From Octopus sinensis (Eukaryota), in contig NC_043007.1 of NCBI RefSeq assembly GCF_006345805.1, positions 68,448,001 through 68,512,000 of the forward strand: a stretch of DNA of 64,000 nucleotides, read 5' to 3'. The notes beneath the pieces are model-generated. The model saw only the letters and a program-made list of their open reading frames with translations, was not told where the DNA came from and made no database searches. A program made the position numbers and the translations under genes. Of this stretch, positions 13,625 to 27,989 are shown one piece after another (within the stretch, counting starts at the first letter, position 1; each line of letters starts with the position of its first letter).

Positions 13625-13776
13625 ACTCACACATATATATGTATATATATATATATTTAAAAAAAAAAATTAACTAGTTTCAGCCCACGAGCTGTGGCCA
13701 TGCTGGGGCACCGCCATCTTTCTATATATATGTATATGTATGTCTACAAGCACACACACACACACAAACACACACG

Positions 13777-13847
<71 letters not shown>

Positions 13848-13973
13848 CAAATATGAATTGAACTTACATGTATACAAAAACAAAAGCATAGATGAATGTA
13901 TAAATGCAAGAAATAAAGTAATAAGAAATTAAATTAGATAAAAATATTAATATTATACACTAGCACATAACGG

Positions 13974-14008
<35 letters not shown>

Positions 14009-14052
14009 TATATCTGTGTGTGTGTGTGTGTGTGTATGTGTGTGTGTGTGTG

Positions 14053-15062
14053 TAATAAATGAAAAATGCATTCAATGCTACAAAACTTACACGTAGGACA
14101 GATATAGAATGACCGTAGTTCTTCAATAGTTATCAACCCAAAATGCTAATACTGTTTCGTGCCTTTAACGATAAGACTGGCGAATTCGTATATCGACGGC
14201 ACTCACAAAATATACGGAGAATTAGAACAATACAGGGTGAATGTACGAAAGTAAACAAATGTAATTTGAAACGATAGAAGACGGGAGTAAATAAAGCCTT
14301 TCGCCTCACAAGGGAATGGTGGGTAACGCCTAGAAATCCTCAATGGATATAAAAAGAGAAGTAGTAAGAGGGGAGAAAATGTTAACCAGCAGGCTTAGCG
14401 GCCGGTAGCGAAAAGGCAGAGATGAGGAAATTATTCAAGGGTCACATGTGGGGAGTAGATAGAAGGGAAGGGGAAGGAGAGAGCGCCAGAAAGAAGAATG
14501 AAGGACGGAAAGAAGGGAGGGAGAAAGTCTACAATTAAGAGTAAGAAGATGAGAGAGAAAGAAAGAAAATAGAGTCGTAAATAAAATATATATATAACTT
14601 ACTGTTAATAAAAGTCGGGATGTGTGGCGTTCAGTTAAACTTAGATACGTTTCGACCAAAGATTGGTCCAGGCCATGTCTAACTTAATAGCACCACCTGA
14701 TAGGATTATTCGAATCCTGTTTAAGTCAAATTTTGTTTAAGTCAAGTTTTTTTCAAGTAGTGAGTTCTTGTTGGGTGAGTCGTATCAAGTTTTGTTAAGT
14801 AGTGAGTTCTTGTTGGGTGAGTTGTATCCAATTATGGGTGGCTTATCTGGTATTCTTTGAAGGAATCTATCCAGACTCCGTTTAAAGTTGATGGGATCCT
14901 TTTCCTCTTTGATCTCCCTCGGGACAGTTACTCAATAAATGAAAAATATATTAAATACTACAAACCGTACACGTAGGACAGATAAAGAAGGACACTAATT
15001 CTTCATCAGTAATCGACCAAAAATACTAATACTCAGTTTCTTGCCTTCAACGATAAGACTGA
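14053..15062 (-). repeat. ~130 bp diverged direct repeats (14053-14180 and 14935-15062) enclosing PLE-tail-like sequence
   Basis: Both copies contain AATAAATGAAAAAT..TACACGTAGGACAGATA..AACGATAAGACTG. Confidence 0.7.
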
Positions 15063-15094
15063 TCGGGTAAAAGAATCTTATAATTATTTATGTT

Positions 15095-15320
15095 TTTATT
15101 GCCGACAGGGGGTTAAACATAGAGGGGACAAACAAGGACAGACAAAGGGATTAAGTCGATTACATCGTCCCTAGTGCGTAACTGGTACTTATTTAATCGA
15201 CCGCGAAATGATGAAAGGCAAAGTCGACCTCGACAGAATTTGAACTCGCAACCTAACGGCAGACGAAATAATGCTAAGCGTTTCGCCCGGCTTGCTAACG
15301 TTTCTGCCAGCTCGCCGCCT
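15095..15320 (-). mobile_element. SINE family B, near full length
   Basis: Reverse reads GGCGGCGAGCTGGCAGAAACG..GAGTTCAAATTC..GAGGTCGACTTTGCCTTTCATC..TAAATAAGTACCAG. Confidence 0.85.
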
Positions 15321-15717
15321 TTAAGAATCTTATAATATATAGACAGATGCACGTACATATATATATATATATATTTATACGCTAATACATGCTATCAAGT
15401 CTTCATGTGCATATAAAAACATATATACATACATATATACACATATCCATACATATATGTATGTGTGTGTGTGCAAAAATACAGACATCTTCATACACAT
15501 GTACATTTACACGCATGCTCATACCTCTGAGTAAATTTTTTAAACGACTAAATGTTATCCATATATCTATATCGATATATCGATACCCTATACATCGTTA
15601 TAAACATTTTCATATCTAACTAAACCTATGTATAAACACATAGAAATGAATCAATCGTTTTGATATAATCACACACATACTCATATGCTTACACACACAC
15701 ACACACACAACCACAAA

Positions 15718-16158
15718 AGCAGCCGTGACTGTGAAGTAAGAAGTTTGGTTCCCAGCCACATAGTTTCGGGTCCAGTCCTCTCTGCGTGGCACCTTAGGCA
15801 ATTATCTCCTACCGTATCCTCGGGGTGACCTAAGTCTTGTGAGTCGATTTGGTGGACGGAAGCGGAACGACACCCGTCCTAAATATATATACGTTTGTGT
15901 GTATGTCTTTGCGTGTGCACGTGTGTGTTTGAGCGTGCGCACGTGCGTGTGTGTGTGTTGTGTTTGTCTCTCACCACGCTTGACAACCGGTGTTAGTGTG
16001 TTTATGCCACATAACCTAGCGGCATAAAGCAAAACAGATCGATAGAATAAGTAAGGTCTTCTAAAGTAAGTGCTGAGGTATATTTATTCCGCTAAAATTT
16101 TCCCCAAGGCAACGTCGTAATGTTGCTGCAGTCTAATGCTTGAAACAAGTAAAAGATA

Positions 16159-16160
<2 letters not shown>
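15718..16160 (+). mobile_element. SINE family A, full length, diverged
   Basis: Head, internal (GT)n spacer, CGCTTGACAACCG body and GAAACAAGTAAAAGA tail. Confidence 0.8.
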
Positions 16161-16215
<55 letters not shown>

Positions 16216-16293
16216 TATTATATATAATATATATATAAAATAAATAAAAATGCGCCCTTTTAAAGCCTAGCCAGGTTCATGGGCCGGTTTCCC

Positions 16294-16334
<41 letters not shown>

Positions 16335-17504
16335 AACTTACTTGTGGATCTAATGTAAGTAAGTTAAGAATAAATGTCGTTTTCTGGGATTTTGTATTCG
16401 ATTCCGCTACATAATTGGCAATACTCTCGATTAACAAGGAACACCTACTCGTCCTGCTTGAGTTATTAGCAAATTTTTTTCTCAAATCATATTATATACT
16501 GTTTAAAGAATATAATACATTAACTGATGTAGGCCAGGGTACGTAACGACTAAACCTGTAATAGACAAGATGATCAACAGTAGAGCGCTTTCAGCGGGGT
16601 CAAGAAAGTCAGTATCAGTTGAGTACCGGGTTCTATGTAATAGACTAACATCCTCACACTAAAATCGCAGACCTTGTGCAATAAATTATATTTCTGGTCA
16701 CTTATTGTCCAGGAATGGGATGCTGAGTTAATTTCTCTGTAAAGTACTTCGTATTTTCTTCGAGTCAGTTGTCTTAGAGTAAAAAATTTATATTTTCTAT
16801 TTTTCATATAAATATTACAAATTCCTAGTTTGTGGTAGGTGTTATCTATTTCATCTAAGTGATTTAATTAGTGTTATTCTGTCGTCCACTTGTCTGAAAA
16901 TGACCACGGGAGAAACATATTGGGACATAGCGGAGGAGAGAGGTAATCAAAAACTATTGTAATTTATTTTGCTTTAATTTCTATAAAAGTTTATTCAAGA
17001 ACCACACTCAGAGACATGAGCGCACATAGCACACAAATAAATGAACACGAAACACATATACGTAGGTTGTCATGAGACAATAAATTGGTAAAAAAAAACA
17101 AATCAAAAGAATAATTGTTCGATTGAGAGTGATATTTTAATTGCTACCAAACAGCTAATTAATTTTGCCTATATTATGTTAGCTTCCTTCTTTGACGGAA
17201 CACAATACAGCGATGGTTTATGGATGTAGGCGAGTATCTTCTGTCTGTCTTTAATATTGCATGCTAAAAGTCGTGTTTATGCCTTCAGGTTAATTACCTT
17301 ATAAATATTTCCACCAACAAAGAGTAATTAACCTTTCATTTCGAACAGTAATTATCTTTCTGAGATAATCTGAACAAATCTGCTTTTCATATGAGTCACT
17401 GTTTTTCTTAAAAAAAAAAAAAACTTGTAAAACGTCTCTCTTTTTATTCCTTTGCCTATTTCTGTTTTTAAATTTATTTTCCTTGTACTCTTGTAAATGA
17501 CATA

Positions 17505-17517
17505 TGACTATATATAA

Positions 17518-17592
<75 letters not shown>

Positions 17593-17656
17593 TATATATA
17601 TGTATATATATATGCATATATATGTATATATATGCATATATATGTATATATATATT

Positions 17657-17738
<82 letters not shown>

Positions 17739-17790
17739 ATGTATATATATATATGTATATGCATACATCATATATATACATATATAAATA
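17505..17790. repeat. (TA)n microsatellite
   Basis: Direct observation. Confidence 0.95.
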
Positions 17791-17799
17791 CACATTTTA

Positions 17800-18178
17800 T
17801 CTTCTACTCGTTTCAATCATTAGACTTCCGCCATGCTGGGGCAACACTCTGAAAAATGTTTTAGTCGAAGGTACTTATTTAGTCGGTCTCTTTTCCCGCA
17901 CCGCTAATTTACGTATACCTAAACACAGCGCACCGGCTGCCAATTGGTGGTGGTGGACAAACAGACAGACAACACCCCACCCTGAACACACATACACACA
18001 CACACATACACACACACCGTGACACACACACTTATATATACGACAGGCATCTTTCAGTTTCTGTTTACTAAATCCAATTACAAGACTTCGAGGCGGTAGT
18101 AGGAAACACTTGCCAAGGTGTGACGCAATACGACTGCATACGAAACAGACGCAATAGGACTGCATACCACACAGCTGC
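17800..18178 (-). mobile_element. SINE family A, diverged
   Basis: CCATGCTGGGGCA..GGTCTCTTTT..CTTTCAGTTTC..ACACTTGCCAAGGTG match other copies. Confidence 0.7.
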
Positions 18179-20874
18179 ATACATACATACATTCATACAT
18201 ACTTATATTTCGGGTTGGTAATCTTTTCTCTTTTTTTCCTGCCAAATAGACACACGCACTATAAATTCGTTCTTATTTTATCTTATATGTATTGTCTGGA
18301 AATCTTTCCTCACACATTGGTGACTTTATCTAACTTCCTATATTGTGTATCACACATTATAGAAAGACAGAATGGACTAAACATAACAGGAGGAGACACG
18401 TCAAATCGAAAAGTCGCTGAAGATGCCACAGGTGTGTGACGAAATATTTCCAGTCAATGGACATAAGACTGAATAAGAACAATAATAAACGAGTGAAGAA
18501 CGAATATACAGTGCGTGTGTTTATATATAAAAGAAAAAAAAAAGAAAAATGACCATCACGAAATATAACAATATCTGTTTCAATACACGATTTCACATCA
18601 GGAATATTGGAAAATAAATTCATAAACGTAACGATGTGGGCCTCGGACAGGTCATCCAGACATTAAAAAACACTATATTTAGTTGTCTTAGAAGCATCAT
18701 CATAACACAAGAACTGTGTGTTTGTGTGTGTGTGTGTATGTGTAACCATTTACACTGTATGCTGACGTTTGAGGAAGCAGATTTGGTATTTCGTTTCTGG
18801 GGTGTGATCAACAAATTGTAAAGCGATCCGTCAGTAGGCGCTCGAAAGCATAGAAGTAACGTGTTCTATATAGTTCTTTATCACTGCTAAAGGCGTGCTG
18901 TTATGCATGTGTGTATCTATATGTGTGTATATTACATCAATATGTTGACTTCCACTTTGCTATTACGTTTTTATGCTGCATAATCTTTGTATACTTTTTT
19001 GCCGCAAAATGCTCAGTGCTGATTTACTAAAAACTGTTATCACACTTCAATTATGTCGCAATGACGGTTAAACATCACTCTGCTCTCGTGGTCCAGTAAG
19101 ACCAAAACATGTTCGTGGTTGTCAGCGTTCAATGAAGGACAGAAAAAGAATTTCGAAATGTTATGCATGGCAATTAAAATACAAAAATTCCTTCACGATA
19201 TAAAAGACCTTTCAAGGAAACCAGCGCAGCAATAATCACAATAAGCGAACTTTAACGGCTTGTATACATTTGAATATAGATTCAGAACATATTCTAAAAT
19301 TGCTCTAGCGAACTGGCTTGTATACCTGAATTACATAATATTTCACAGAGATTTTAAAGGAACATATAATAGTGTATTTATTTCCTGACTGTTACTGACG
19401 TATTGAGCCAATTGTGCTCCTATATTGGAAAATTTAATATGGGAATAATAGCCATCAATGTATAAGCATTATACCGACACAATGGCACACATCAATAACA
19501 TTGATGCGGAAATATGTAATATCCAGGAAGGATAGACTGCGTCTGAATTGAGAAATTTGCTTTTATGGATTTCTGGAAAATTTCCTATAAACGTTGAAAC
19601 AATCTGTGCCCAACCCATTATTGGCATCTATTGAAGACATTACTTGGGCCGTTAAACTCCAACAAAACCTAAGAAGAATGTAAAATATGACTCATCTGTA
19701 TGGAAGGAAGTAGAGTAGTAGTTCGAAATAACGACCGATCTCCCTAACTCTGCATTTCAGAAATTTTATAGAATGAATTGCATGTCAAAAGCTGTTCACA
19801 TTTGTAGAGAAGAATGTTTCACTTAACATGTTTTCTATCAAATAATGACCAATCTCTGATTTTTTGCAGAAGAATTATTATATCGTAGTATTTTATAGCG
19901 TTTGCTATTTGAGACGGCTTTCACTAATTTTGTTTATACAAATATATGCCAGAAGTACGTGATCTCAGCGTAATTAGAAGGTTATCAGGCAAGGCATATG
20001 ACTTTTAAATGGACAGAACTCAGGAAGCTGAATCCAATCTTAGTATTTAGATAGGAGTGTTTCAAAGAAGTAATTTTGAGCTCAATCCTGCCTACAATGA
20101 TACGGTTGGATTTACGTACATGTACTGAATATCAGTACATTCGCTAGATATACTGTATAAAATAACAAGAACAATCAAGAATCACAAAACTGCAAGCAAA
20201 TGATTGTAAGTGTGATATGCAACAAAATTTGGTGTAAAACAGGCAATTCCATAATGAAAACATTCAGTCTTTTAGTTATCGTCAAATACGTGACAGCTTA
20301 TTGATAATTCTAACCAAAACTAGACGCGCATTATGCTGCATCTAATAAGAATATGTTATAGATCTTAGAATTATATTAATTAATAATTCATGTACATACT
20401 TCTAAATTGAAACAATGTACAGATAAGTGGCGGCATTTGGAACGAGAGAACGTTCTTCGCCGTGGCCATTCACAGTTTCATGCTGACTCTTCTTTAAGAA
20501 GCAATTCAGTGGTAGTACATGACCAAAACCGATTCCATAGAAGAAGAATGGCTCGACATATTAATGAATTGACTACATGCAGCGAAGAAGAAAGGGTTAA
20601 CGTAGTAATGGTTTACGTGAAATCCTAGAATTTTATCCAACTTGATATCGGAAAAAGATAAATATTTTCAAAAGTTATTTGTTATATTCCAGTTTAAAAC
20701 TTCAGATGCGTATGAACTGTATGTGAGGGCACATGACCAAAGCCGCTTCAATAAATTCTACAAGACATAATATGGATGAATGGAATGATATTGAAGGTAT
20801 ACGTTCGAAAATCTAGTGTGTAAAATCACGAGTGAATCTACATCCCAGCAGATGACACTGTTCAAAATAATAGC

Positions 20875-20969
20875 GTCTATTTATCTATCTATCTATCTAT
20901 TCTATCTATCTATCTATCTATCTTCTATCTATCTATCTATCTTATTATCTATCTATCTAGCTATCTATC

Positions 20970-21039
<70 letters not shown>

Positions 21040-21052
21040 GTCTTCTATATCT

Positions 21053-21088
<36 letters not shown>

Positions 21089-21356
21089 CTATCTACTATC
21101 TATCTATCTATCTATATGTGCGTGTGTGTGGGTTGGGTGTGTGGTGTGCCTGTGAGTGTTTGCAAGCATGTGTATGTGTGCATGTTTATACATTCATACA
21201 TACATACACACACACACATACATACATACATACATACATACATGCATACATACATACATACATATATACATATACATACATATATATACTCGTATATACT
21301 CATATATATATATGCATAAATATTTGTGTGTATCAATGTATGCGTGTGTGAAGGAC

Positions 21357-21436
<80 letters not shown>
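20875..21436. repeat. (TATC)n, (TACA)n and (GA)n compound microsatellite
   Basis: Direct observation. Confidence 0.95.
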
Positions 21437-21440
<4 letters not shown>

Positions 21441-22154
21441 TCATCTTATCAAAGACGGCAAGCTTGTTAGTTTCATCTTGAGGAAATCTTGAATGTTTCT
21501 TAGAAGCACCTCTTGAGTTATGTATGTCCATGGTCAAAGATATATTTGGGAGTTAATTAAAAACATTATCTCTACAATCCCTGATCATGAACAATGTAGG
21601 CGTGTTTGCAGAGTCATTAAAGCGCCGGAGTAATTAATGCACAATATTCATTCTGACTCTGTACCCACTGAGATCAAATGACGTAGAGAACATTACAAAT
21701 CCACTTTACAACTCAAACTTTCAAAATCCATTAAGGAAACTATCCATATTAGCGGTAGATGAATGATAAAAACCATACACTACAGCTATCTGACAAACTC
21801 GATCTTATACAATTTCCATAATGAATGCTTTTGCGGAGGTGATATTTCGGCGGGAAAAAGTATATTGTAAATCACGAAAAAAGTGTGATAAGATTTCAAA
21901 TGTTTTATGGACATCATGCATACTGTTGTTATATTCTAAAATAGCATCTGTAGTGATATTGGTTTCACACTTTTCATGAGTATTACACTAACTTCAATCG
22001 GAAGGAAGCTGAAAGTTAAAACTAATCAGAACTTTCTCACACAACATTGTGAAGCGCAACTCGCTGCCGCCACTCGGATATAAACTTATATATATATATT
22101 ATATATATATATATATAGATATATATATATAGAGAGAGGATAGAGAGATAGATC

Positions 22155-22189
<35 letters not shown>

Positions 22190-22407
22190 TAGATAGATAG
22201 ATAGATTATAACGTGTGATATATAATATCTATAGGTATGTGTGGGTGTATGCTTGTGGGTGCGCTAATCTGTATATGAATGTGTATCTATTTCCCATTGT
22301 AAAATTATATGCTTAGGTTTATAAACGTATCTGTATATGTTTATTTCTCTATCTATCTATCTATCTATCTATCTATCGATCGATCGATCTATCAATCTGT
22401 CCATCTA

Positions 22408-22448
<41 letters not shown>

Positions 22449-22453
22449 TTCTC

Positions 22454-22499
<46 letters not shown>

Positions 22500-22502
<3 letters not shown>

Positions 22503-23908
22503 TGGCGGTCAAAATGTTCAGAACGGCATTGTTTTCGTCAGAAAAGTAGATATAAGTTTTTATCATAGTAGTTTTATATTCTATATTTTCACAGACAATA
22601 AATGCAATATTAATTGTTATTGTCTGCGATTTTGGTATAATTTGAGAGGATAATACAAAAGTTATGGATGATTTAGTGATTTACTGCAAAACCCATGGCG
22701 GCCAAAATGATCAGAACGGTTGCTTTTACTCCGTGTTTTAGTATATTTAACCGGCGAACTCTAATGTTTTGAATTTGTTTACGTGACGGTTCGTTTACTA
22801 AAACATAGTAAGAATATTTGCAGTGTACTTTGTTAATGTAATGCCACTTACTCCGTACCAATTCGTCAGCAGATTATTAAGCTTCGAAGGAAGGATAATT
22901 TAAGTATTGGATCTATTGCAAAGATTGTTAACAAGTCAAAAAGTGTTGTACATGGTATTCTTAAGGTCTACGATGATTGTGGTTCGTGTGAAGCAAGAAA
23001 GTTTACAGGTAGACCAAGAAAAACGACCAAGAGAGAAGATCGTGCTATGGTAAAGTTGGTTAAAAAGGACAGATTTAAAACTGCTGCTGCTGTTTCTCGG
23101 AAAATGAGCATTGTATTGAAGAAAACTTTATCTCGAAAAACTGCGTCTCGTCGTTTAGTTGAACATGACCTACAAGCAAGAGCACCTGCAGTGAAGCCAC
23201 TGATCAGCTCCAAGAATAAAAAGTGTCGTCTTCCCTTTGCAACCGAACATGTGTTGTGGTCTCAAGAAAAATGCCAAACGTGCATTTCAGTGATGAATCT
23301 AAGTTTATGTTACTTGGCTCCGATGGGAAAAGGTACGTTCGTAGAAAAGTAAGTGAAAAATTGTCGCCTAAATGCCTTAAGACTAGTGTTAAATTCGGTG
23401 GAGGAAGTGTCATGGTTTGGGGGATGATATCTGGAGATGATGTGGGCCCTTTGGTGCGATTACATGGAAAGGTAAATGCAGGAGTTTATAAACAACTTGT
23501 AAAAGATCATGTCTTGCCTATGCTGAAAATTCGACTAAGCGACCACCCATATTCATGCAGGACAATGCCCCATGTCACAAGGCTAAGGTGGTCATGAACG
23601 TCCTCAAGGCTGAAAAGGTTGTTGTTATGGATTGGCCTGCTGAAAGCCCAGATCTCAATCCTATTGAAAATGTATGGAATATTCTAGAACGTTCGAAAGC
23701 CAGAAATCCTAAAACAACCGAGCAATTATGGAATGCCCTTCAGGAAGAATGGAATAAGATCACCCAGCAAGAAATTGAAAATTTAATTTCCTCATGCAGT
23801 CGAAGATGTCAGAGTGTGATTGAAGCTAAAGGGCTTCACACTAAATATTAAATAATTCCAGTATTCTCTGTCATTTTTGATTATTTTGTTATCTTTTCAA
23901 CCGTTCTG

Positions 23909-23913
<5 letters not shown>
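22500..23913 (+). mobile_element. Tc1-like transposon, nearly complete, DD34E transposase broken by frameshifts
   Basis: TA|CAGTGGCGGTCAAAATGTTCAGAACGG start; inner repeat GCGGCCAAAATGATCAGAACGG at ~22698; inverse AACCGTTCTGATCAT at 23899-23913; motifs GRPRKTT, FSDESKF, KFGGGSVMVWG, QDNAPCH, WPAESPDLNPIENVW. Confidence 0.95.
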
Positions 23914-23952
<39 letters not shown>

Positions 23953-24145
23953 GCACGGACTTTGTCAGTGAACAGGTCGCGGATTTTAGCGACGAAAATA
24001 TTTTGACAAATTAAACTTAAATGTTGAAGTGAATCGAACGGCTTTTGTGTGTTTCTTAAATGGCTTATAAACACCTTCCACGCTGCAATTGTTTTCGTTT
24101 CAGCACACGATCTCAGATCAAATTACTTGCCATGCGAGTACATCT

Positions 24146-24182
<37 letters not shown>

Positions 24183-25106
24183 CGTCCTCTACCCTCCATC
24201 GTTGTTGCATATATTTCCATAATTACATAAGATAATAAATCTATATAATAATAAGTTTTTAAATCCAAAACTTCTTTTGATTTATCACAAATGGAATAAG
24301 AATATACCGCAGTCAATTTTATAGTAGTGAGTTTATTCCAGAACAATTTTGTTACATAATAATTTAGCAACTTGCTATGGGTAAAATCTTCACATGTGAA
24401 TGTTATTCTTACGTATGGCGCCAAGTTTATTTTATCCTTAGAATACACACTAGAATGATTTTACCCTATTCACTCCAGATTCAAGGCAAATAAATATATA
24501 ATTAGACTAATAATACAGTATTCTCGGTCGTTATAATGACCAGCTGTACTGACCAATTTCTTCTTGATAATAATTGGTGTAATAAAATTTAATAAAATTT
24601 ACCATGCACCTACTGTGAAACGAAATATCACACCCGTCGCTCGATATATAGATACACTACCTACTGGTGAAGTTATGTCATTTGATTATTTAGTCAATAA
24701 TAGCTTCCAAAGAAAAAATGTGTCACGTAGACTTTTCAGTACATCGAATCTAAATAGTTTGAAATAAATTACTATATTTACTGAGCAAATAAGAGGATAA
24801 TGATGCTTTTAATGTCAAAACTATAGAATTAAATACCAGTTAAGTACTTGTTTTGGTCACTAATTCTTATGAATTAGTCTAAATCGATATGAGGGAGTAT
24901 ATAAATTTTCGATAATATTTCAACATTTCTATGACAGTTATTTACGTGAGTCCGCCAGGAATCAATCTGCTGATGATATAATTAAAGTGTAAATTGCAGC
25001 ATTATATGTACTCTACTTTTATATAAGTAATCACCTTAAATAGAACGTTGCTGTGTTTCTGTTAATATATGTGTCTGTACTAACGCGTAGACATGTATCT
25101 TCATAC

Positions 25107-25500
25107 AGGCGCAACAGTGGTTGTGTGGTAAGTAGCTTGCTTATCAACCACATGCTTCAGGATTCATTCCCTCTGCGTGGCACCTTGGGTAAGTGTCTTC
25201 TACTATAGCCTCGGGCCGACCAAAGCCTTCTGAGTAGATTTCGTAGACGAAAACTGAAAGAAGCCCGTTGTATATATGTATGTATGTGTGTGTATTATTT
25301 TGTGTATCTGTGTTTGTCCCCCAACATCGCTTGACAACCGATGCTAGTTTGTTTACGCCCCCATAACATAGCGGTTCGGCAAAAGAGACCGATAGAATAA
25401 GTACTAGGCTTCCAAAGAATGAGTCCTGGGGTCGATTTGCTCGACTAAAGGCGGTGCTCCAGCATGGCCGCAATCAAAAGACAGAAACTAGTAAAAGCGA
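25107..25500 (+). mobile_element. SINE family A, best-preserved full-length copy (~390 bp)
   Basis: A/B boxes, CCTTGGGTAAGTGTCTT CORE-like block, internal TA/TG spacer, 3' CTCCAGCATGGCCGCA tail. Confidence 0.9.
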
Positions 25501-25999
25501 GAAAGAGAAAGAGAGAGACCATGTACTGTACTCGCAGACTGATATCTCAATTATTCCCTCAACAAAATCACGTATACATTGTATGATAGTTTTCATGTAG
25601 CTCTGTATTCTACATATACTTGTTACATGAATTTAATGTTTGGACCAACTCATTATGTGATGGCTGCTGTTTTCTATAATAAATACAGCTCACGTGATGG
25701 TATTACAGATCACCTCCCTAGTTTCACTTGCACATTTTTGCATCAAGTCAAAATAAAGTTAGAGAAGGCATTTTGATGAAGTTATTTTGCAATGGGATCC
25801 AACCATAAAAATCATGATCATAATCGAACTTCTCAAAAATTCTACCAAGCATAGATATTTTATCACTGCGTATATTACATAAAAGCATATATGCCTTACA
25901 TACCTAATGGGGGTACTAATGTATTTCATATAGCACTAGGAAAATGTATTTTACGCAACGTGACCTAGCAGTGAAAGATGTATTATTTTATCATATTAT

Positions 26000-26411
26000 T
26001 CCTTTGCCTGTTTCAGTCATTTGACTGCGGCCATGCTCGACCACTGCCTTAAAGGTATTTTAGCCGAAAAAAATCAGAACTTATTCTTTGTAAGTCTAGT
26101 ACTTATATCGGTCTCTTTTACCGAACCGCTATGTTACGGGGACGTAAGCACGCCAACATCGGTTGTCAAGGGATAATGATGGGACAGGCACATAGACACA
26201 TAAATGCACACACAAGTACACACACACATACACACACACTCAAATATATATAACGGGTTTCTTTCATTTTCCGCCTACCAAATCCACTCATATGGCTTTG
26301 GTCGGACAGAGGCTAAACAAGAAGAAGACACTTGCCCAGCATATCACGCAGTGGCATTGAACACGGAACCATGTGGTTGTGAAATAAGCTTCTTACCACA
26401 CAGAAAGGCCT
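26000..26411 (-). mobile_element. SINE family A, full length
   Basis: Reverse-complement match to 25107-25500. Confidence 0.85.
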
Positions 26412-26615
26412 AATATATATATATATATAATATATTATATATATATATAAAACTATGTATAACTACGTATACGTTTATAACTATGTATACGTATATAAAT
26501 GTATATATATATATATATATAAGTGTGTGTGTATGTCCATGTGTGTGTGTGCATGTGCTTGTGTGTGTATGATATATATGTATGTAGATATATATATATA
26601 TATATACACACACAC

Positions 26616-26700
26616 AAATGGAACGAAAACGCAATACAGGACATTAAAACATTCGGACAGATAGACGATACAAAGGTGTACAAGAGAAACAGCAATTATA
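26616..26700 (-). mobile_element. 3' end of a microsatellite-inserted PLE-like family, matching 48953-49035
   Basis: Reverse-complement similarity to 48953-49035; bounded by microsatellites. Confidence 0.6.
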
Positions 26701-26733
26701 TGTATGTATATATATGTGTGTGTATGTCTGTGT

Positions 26734-26783
<50 letters not shown>

Positions 26784-26807
26784 TTGAGTATACATATATA
26801 TATATAC

Positions 26808-26985
26808 ATCTTTATTTTCTCTATTTTCTCTCCTTGTTTCTTTCTGTGTTCCTTTATGTGGAAGAGCGTAGGCTCGAAAAGTTAAAGACTTTTTCACTTC
26901 GCGAGCGTTACACTAATACAACTAACTGTTGTCTACATCACCTGTCTTCGTCTTTTGTATTTTTTTTTTGTGAATTCCCCCCTAT
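26808..26985 (+). mobile_element. Penelope-like element 3' terminal fragment (pLTR) with variant hammerhead, in (TA)n
   Basis: Homologous to 58105-58285 downstream of the GIY-YIG ORF: GAAGAGCGTAGGCTCGAAA..TTAAAGACTT..CTAATACA..CTTCGTCTTT. Confidence 0.8.
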
Positions 26986-27189
26986 ATATATATATAGTTT
27001 ATATTTTACAGACAGGTGTCCTCTATGTATAGAATCACTTCGAAATGCTCAGGAGATTAGAACTTCAGCGGTTAGATAAGCAAAGCAACGACAAGCAAGC
27101 TCGGTAATTCTATTTACACATAAAGACACATTTTCGCGAAACAGCAATAATTATTTTACCATCCTAAATTATTCAACAAGTTCCCGATA

Positions 27190-27572
27190 AAAGTGTTATA
27201 ATGAGTCAAAAACGTGATTTAATATCAAAAGAGAAATCCACCCTCGTCTGACATTGGAAATATCAAAGATCCTGGGAAGAGATAGTCGAACTGTGAAGAT
27301 ATTTGCGTAGTCTCCTGCTGTCCGTTTGAGGGCTGACAAGGGTAAATCGAGGGTTGTTTCCTGTCACGTATAACGAGGGAAGTTGCTAAGAACACGTGTC
27401 TGACTAGTCGAGAAGAGTTTAAACTTTGTGCTACGGAAGACATTTCGAAATCTGCCAGGTGTCGCCTCCTAAAGCAAGTAGCAAAGAACGTAAAACATGT
27501 TACAATGCTCCCTCTCAAGGCAATTCATAAATATAAAAGAGTCAAATGGGCAGAAGACTACTTGAAGATAGA
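27190..27572 (+). mobile_element. Tc1-like transposase N-terminal remnant
   Basis: MSQKRDL..EKS start and [16 protein letters not shown], resembling the Tc1 segment before the first catalytic Asp; truncated at a microsatellite. Confidence 0.5.
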
Positions 27573-27762
27573 TATATATCTACATACATATATATACAGA
27601 TATACATACATACATACATACATAAATATATGCATATATATACATACACATATATATACATTTATGCATATTTATATGTACATATATATATATACAGCCA
27701 GCTTCCCGAAGATTTCATCTGAATGAAACAGTTCTGGTCCTGTAGAAGCTCCTCTATAAAAT

Positions 27763-27806
<44 letters not shown>

Positions 27807-27989
27807 TAGATATATAAATTAATACATAAATATACATACATATATATACATACGTATATACATAAATACAACACACACGCACACACACGCACGCACACAC
27901 ACACACACACACACAACATATATATATATACACTCTTTTATTCTTGTATACCGTTATGTGTTTCGGTCCAAAGATTGTGGCCCTGCTGG

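Noticed and set aside
25107-25180. tRNA-like A/B boxes (also at 46319 and other copies)
   Set aside because: SINE heads with no complete cloverleaf, continuing into SINE bodies.
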